DNA of 64,000 bases from an uncultured delta proteobacterium (lineage in GTDB: Bacteria > Desulfobacterota > Binatia > UBA9968), in NCBI GenBank assembly GCA_963847445.1, contig CAWJZV010000023.1:128001-192000 (forward strand). The letters are read 5' to 3'. This document shows positions 60,179 to 64,000 of this stretch, in pieces. Positions within the stretch are counted from its first letter, which is position 1; each line of letters begins with the position of its first letter. Below the pieces are notes generated by a model, which did not search any database, was not told where the DNA came from, and saw nothing but the letters and a program-made list of their open reading frames with translations. A program made the translations under genes and the position numbers.

Positions 60179-60372
60179 TTCTTAGCTTCAAGCAGACCGC
60201 TGTCTTTCGATCCTTCGGATGATTTCTTCTTTAACAGGCGTTGGCTCATGCCGATCTTGACCGCTTTTCTAATGAAGTCGTGGCTTGTAAAGCCAGAGCC
60301 GTGTGAGTAGAGTAACTGGGTGACGGTGTGATGGGTCGACAGGAAGGTAGATCGTGAGAGTTTTTTGCGGCG

Positions 60373-61593
60373 ATGGGAAAACGGAGAAGAGAGAGGGAAT
60401 TGGTGGCGGTGAGCGAGCTACCGAAGTCAGTGAGCACCCGTTTACGAGAAACTCATGGCTTTGGTCGAGCACGGTTCGACGAGTTTGTCGAGGCCAGTGC
60501 GGCGTTCTATGCGAGAAGGGGCGCGAGTTGGCGCGGGGCAGATATTTTCGTTTCATGTTGCTTGGGTATTTCGAATGCCTGGACTCGGAACGTGCCATGG
60601 CGTGGCGCGCGGCGGATTCGTTGGGAGTGCGCTGGGTTGCTCGGTCTGGGGCTGACAGAGGCGATGCGCCGAATCGTTCGACGATATCGCGGACGCGACG
60701 ATTGATCGATCTGGAAACCATCGGAGGTGTTCACGTGAGTGCTTCAGTGTCTGGGGATGGCCGGACTAATCAAATGCAAAACGCTCGGCGATCGACGCCA
60801 CGGCGCTCGAAGCGAACGCGGCCATGCGCAGCATCGAGCTGCGCGACTCCGGGGAGACGTATAACGAGTTTTTGACCAAGCTGGCCAGGCCTCCGGCATT
60901 GAAACCCCGACGCGAGCTGATCTGGCAAAGCTGGATCGCAAGCGTAAGAAGAAAGGATCTAACCAGGACTGGGAACATCCGTACGACCCCGACGCACGGA
61001 TCGCCAAGATGAAGGACGGGCGCACGCATTTAGCGCACAAAGCCGAGCATGCGGTGGATCTCGAGACCGGCGCCATCGTGGCCGTCACGCTGCAAGAAGC
61101 CGATCACGGCGACACCACGACGATCCAGACTACGCTGCCCGAAGCAATCGAGCAGTTAGAAGCGGTGGCGGCGATCATCGACGACAAGGTCAAGACGGGC
61201 GAAGAACTGGTCACCGACAAGGGCTACCACAGCAAACAAACCGTGCTCGATGTGCAGTCCCTAGGACTACGCAGCTACATCAGTGAACCGGATCGCGGTC
61301 GGCAGCACTGGATCGATCAGCACGCGAGCGTGACGCGGTGTATGCCAATCGGCGGCGCATTCGAGGCGAGCGTGGGCAGCAAGTTGATGCGGCGACGCGG
61401 CGAGTTGTTAGAGCGACCCAATGCTCATCTCTACGAGACCGGCGGCATGCGTCGGACTCATCTGCGCGGGCACGGCAATATTCTCAAACGGCTGCTCGTG
61501 CATGTGGCGGCGTGCAATCTCGGCCTGTGGATGCGCACGTTGACGGGCATTGGGACGCCACGCGGCCTGCAGGGCCGTGTCGCCGCCGTATAG
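60373..61593 (+). pseudogene. Decayed IS1182-like DDE transposase
   Basis: Fragments in several frames: YFR.ML.GYFE.LDSER..AWRAADSL, STISRTRRLIDLET, DAT.LEANAAMRSI, DPDARIAKMKDGRTHLAHKAEHAVD, TDKGYH, HLYETGGMRR.HLRG..NILKR. Confidence 0.8.
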
Positions 61594-61703
61594 GCTGGAA
61601 GCGACGGAAAACACTTCAGAGACACAAGGTGTTCGACGCGCCTTATTTAATAACCCAAACAAAGACGCGATGAGCGCTGAGTTGTGAGTTAAGTTGTCAA
61701 CGA

Positions 61704-63060
61704 CTACGCCACAAAATACCCGCCCACCACCGCTTCCTTCCAGCTCTTAATCACCGACGGCACGATGCCCGCCGGCAGATCCTTTTCCGGTTTCCAGAAG
61801 CTATGCACGCCGGCGCCGAAGCGGGTGATGCCGGTTTTGGGCGCGGGCGACATGGCGCGGAAGCCGGGGATGATGACTTCGTTGTAGACTTCCGGGCTGT
61901 GGTCGCGGCTGTCTTTCGAAATCTCGAACAGGAACGGCGGTAGCGGTTTGACGTTTGGACCTGACAGTTCGCGCGTGTAGCCGATGAACCGTTGCACTAG
62001 TGCTTCGGTTTCGTCCTTGTTCATTTTCATTCTCGCCGCGCTGACTCTCGCGCCTTCGGCTAACGAGCCGGTGATGGCGTGGGTGACGAGATATTCCGCC
62101 TTGAACTGCGGGCGGTTTTTCGCGCGTTCCCAGGCTTCGAGCACGTCCTCCATGATCGCCGGCAGGCGCATCAACGCGCTCGGTCCTTCCTGGCCGAGCG
62201 CTTCCGGTCCTTGATAGCGGGCGAGGTCGCGCCAGGTGCGGATGTAGAGTTCGTCGAATGGGTCGCTGCGCGGCTTGCCTTGCTTCTCCGGTTTTTCGTA
62301 GCCGGTGATCTTGCCCAGCTCGCCGCCCCAGACATCGCGGCCGGAGCACAGATAGCCGAACGGGCGAATGTTCCGTCGCGCAGACGCCGGCCATATTCTC
62401 GACGCGCTGCGACAGCATGCAGATGAACGGGCCGCCGGTGGAGTGGCCCTGGCCGTAGATGGAAAATTCGCCGACGGGAAAATGGCGCTTGCAGGCTTCG
62501 ATCATGCCTGCTTCAAACGCCGCCGGCCAGGCGGCCATGCGATACCAGAAAATCGACTCCGGTTTGGCCTTCGCCAGCGTGCGCGTGCCGTAGCGGTTGC
62601 GCTTGGTTCCGTCTTTGACGACTTCGTATTGATCCGGCCCGATCAGCTCGCCCTGCTTCCAGATCGGCGTGCGCACGGTGCCGTCGGCGTGAATCGTGTC
62701 GTCGGGCCAGTCGCGGCTCGGATCGGGAAAGTAAAAGCGCCCGGGAAATGTCCCGGCGACGACGCGGCAGCCGTACTTGCTGGCGAGCAGCTTGGCGTGG
62801 CGCTCGATGCCTTTAAAATCACTGGACCCGCCGTGCAAGAGAAAAAAGCCGATCTTCTTGCCGTCGGCGCCGGTGGGGATTTTGCCCGGGTCCGCCGGTT
62901 GGTGCACGACCATGCCCATGTCCCAATCCATGCCGAGCACGTTGATGCGGAAAATATCTTCGCTGCTGGTGATCGGAATGTCGGGCAGGCCCAAGACCTC
63001 TTCGGTGTCTTTGATGCACTGTTCGCGGGCGATGAATTCAGGTGGTTGCCATTGGCTCAT
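61704..63060 (-). CDS. Uncharacterised alpha/beta-hydrolase-like protein, frameshift near 62365
   Basis: LLHGG, GHSTGG nucleophile elbow, SKDSRDH, GAGVH; RBS AGGAG. Confidence 0.65.
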
Positions 63061-63106
63061 GTGGGTTTCTCCTATTATGTGTCACGTTCAGAAAGATTCG
63101 GACGAT

Positions 63107-63183
63107 TCACCGCGGAGCCGCCGAGTACGCCGAGGGGGAAGAGTTGAAATTAATCTCTGCGAACTCTGTGCCTCTGCGGTGAA
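63107..63183. repeat. CGC(G/A)GAG 9-mer inverted pair
   Basis: tcaccgcggagccgccgagtacgccgag ... ctctgcgaactctgtgcctctgcggtgaa. Confidence 0.7.
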
Positions 63184-63309
63184 TTCTGTCTATGGACATC
63201 TGCTCCATCGATTAACTCGCGCAGGCAGCCCAAGTCAACCGCTCGGGCTGTTTAGAGTCCAGAGCTGGAGTCTTGTTACCGAACTTAGCTACCTTTATTT
63301 CCCCTAAAA

Positions 63310-63366
63310 GGAGCGCGGGTTTTCTAACCCGCGATTGAATGCTGCGGACAAGAATGTCCGCGCTCC
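63310..63366. repeat. Paired GGAGCGCGG REP-like palindromes
   Basis: Reverse complement of 1359-1413 apart from the spacer and two positions. Confidence 0.8.
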
Positions 63367-63394
63367 TTTAGAAGATCCAAAGGCGCGAAGCGAG

Positions 63395-63527
63395 GGTGTC
63401 TGAATTTGCTGACCGATAGTCGATTCTCCATACCGTCATTCCGGCGCGGAGCCTGCCCCGGACTTGATGCGAAGCTGGAATCCAGTCCCGCCAGCCACCT
63501 GGATACCGTTCTTCAACGGTATGACGG
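63395..63527. repeat. CGTC-tagged palindromic repeat (MITE-like), copy 3
   Basis: CCGTCATTCCGGCG ... GCTGGAATCCA ... CCTGGATACCGTTCTTCAACGGTATGACGGA; the last part differs by one base from 1156-1186. Confidence 0.75.
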
Positions 63528-63639
63528 ATGGTGCAACGCGGAACTCTAGACGCTAGAAGCCTTTTGCGGCTGGACAATGAAATGGAAAACCGGATAGAAA
63601 CGGGGGAGTGGATCAATGGAGTATTGGAGTGCTGGAGTT

Positions 63640-64000
63640 ATGGCTATTCGGATCAGAATCGGATCGGTCGCATGCTCGTTAGCGATTGCATTGCTGACGA
63701 GTCTTTCCGGCCACGCGGCGGATAAGCTGCTCGTTGCCACCGGTGGATTTTCGCCGAGCGTGCCGCCGTTTGTCAGCTTCGCCAAGGGGCAGATGCTCAA
63801 ACAGGACATCGAGATCGACGATATTTTAATGAACGGCGGCTCTTTGTCGGCGCAGACATTGGCCGCGGGGCAGGTAAAGATCATCGTTACGACCAGCGCG
63901 GTGGTGCCGCAGTTCAATCTGAGCGGCGGCGATATGGTGATCGTCGCCGGCACGATCAATAAGCTGCCCTATCAGATCGTTGCCCGCGGCGAGTTCAAGA
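63640..64000 (+). CDS. NitT/TauT family ABC substrate-binding protein, 3' truncated by window edge
   Basis: Signal peptide MAIRIRIGSVACSLAIALLTSLSGHA, then GGSLSAQTLAAGQV. Confidence 0.7.
   Translation, partial: MAIRIRIGSVACSLAIALLTSLSGHAADKLLVATGGFSPSVPPFVSFAKGQMLKQDIEIDDILMNGGSLSAQTLAAGQVKIIVTTSAVVPQFNLSGGDMVIVAGTINKLPYQIVARGEFK

Noticed and set aside
2848-63307. Numerous long antisense or alternate-frame ORFs (for example 2848-3657, 4990-5904, 16648-17412, 46808-47593, 56708-57400)
   Set aside because: Shadow ORFs expected in high-GC DNA opposite well-supported genes

Overview
GC-rich bacterial window. Gene content (many amidohydrolase_2 enzymes, gentisate-dioxygenase-like cupins, VOC proteins, NitT/TauT binding proteins) and repeat style suggest Candidatus Binatia or a similar uncultured lineage; this is an inference. 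Many genes are split by single-base frameshifts, most likely long-read consensus errors. From left to right: (i) an aromatic or heteroaromatic catabolic region (three bicupin dioxygenases, a NahE/PhdJ-type hydratase-aldolase, a NicX/M29-fold protein, amidohydrolases) containing a CbbQ/NorQ AAA+ and His-rich vWA pair with no Rubisco or NOR genes nearby; (ii) a zinc-ribbon/cyclase/AAA/TPR gene followed by a 13.4 kb three-gene NRPS with no thioesterase (A-T | C-A-T-C-A-T | dock-C-A-T-C), then a secreted Cys-rich alpha/beta hydrolase, a 79-aa Lys/Ala-rich protein, a GAF-sigma54 activator and a sigma54-driven heme-oxygenase-like diiron enzyme; (iii) mixed housekeeping and catabolic genes, an ECF/anti-sigma pair, a BrnTA module, a REP-associated tyrosine transposase and a decayed IS1182-like element. 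Three of the four NRPS A domains are non-canonical: one lacks Asp235, one is Lys2/aminoadipate-like, one is beta-Ala-like; the remaining one is Gly-like. The NRPS locus is the best candidate for an undescribed system. At least seven families of short palindromic or tandem repeats occupy the intergenic space, and some sit in frame inside protein genes. No rRNA, tRNA or CRISPR array was recognised.
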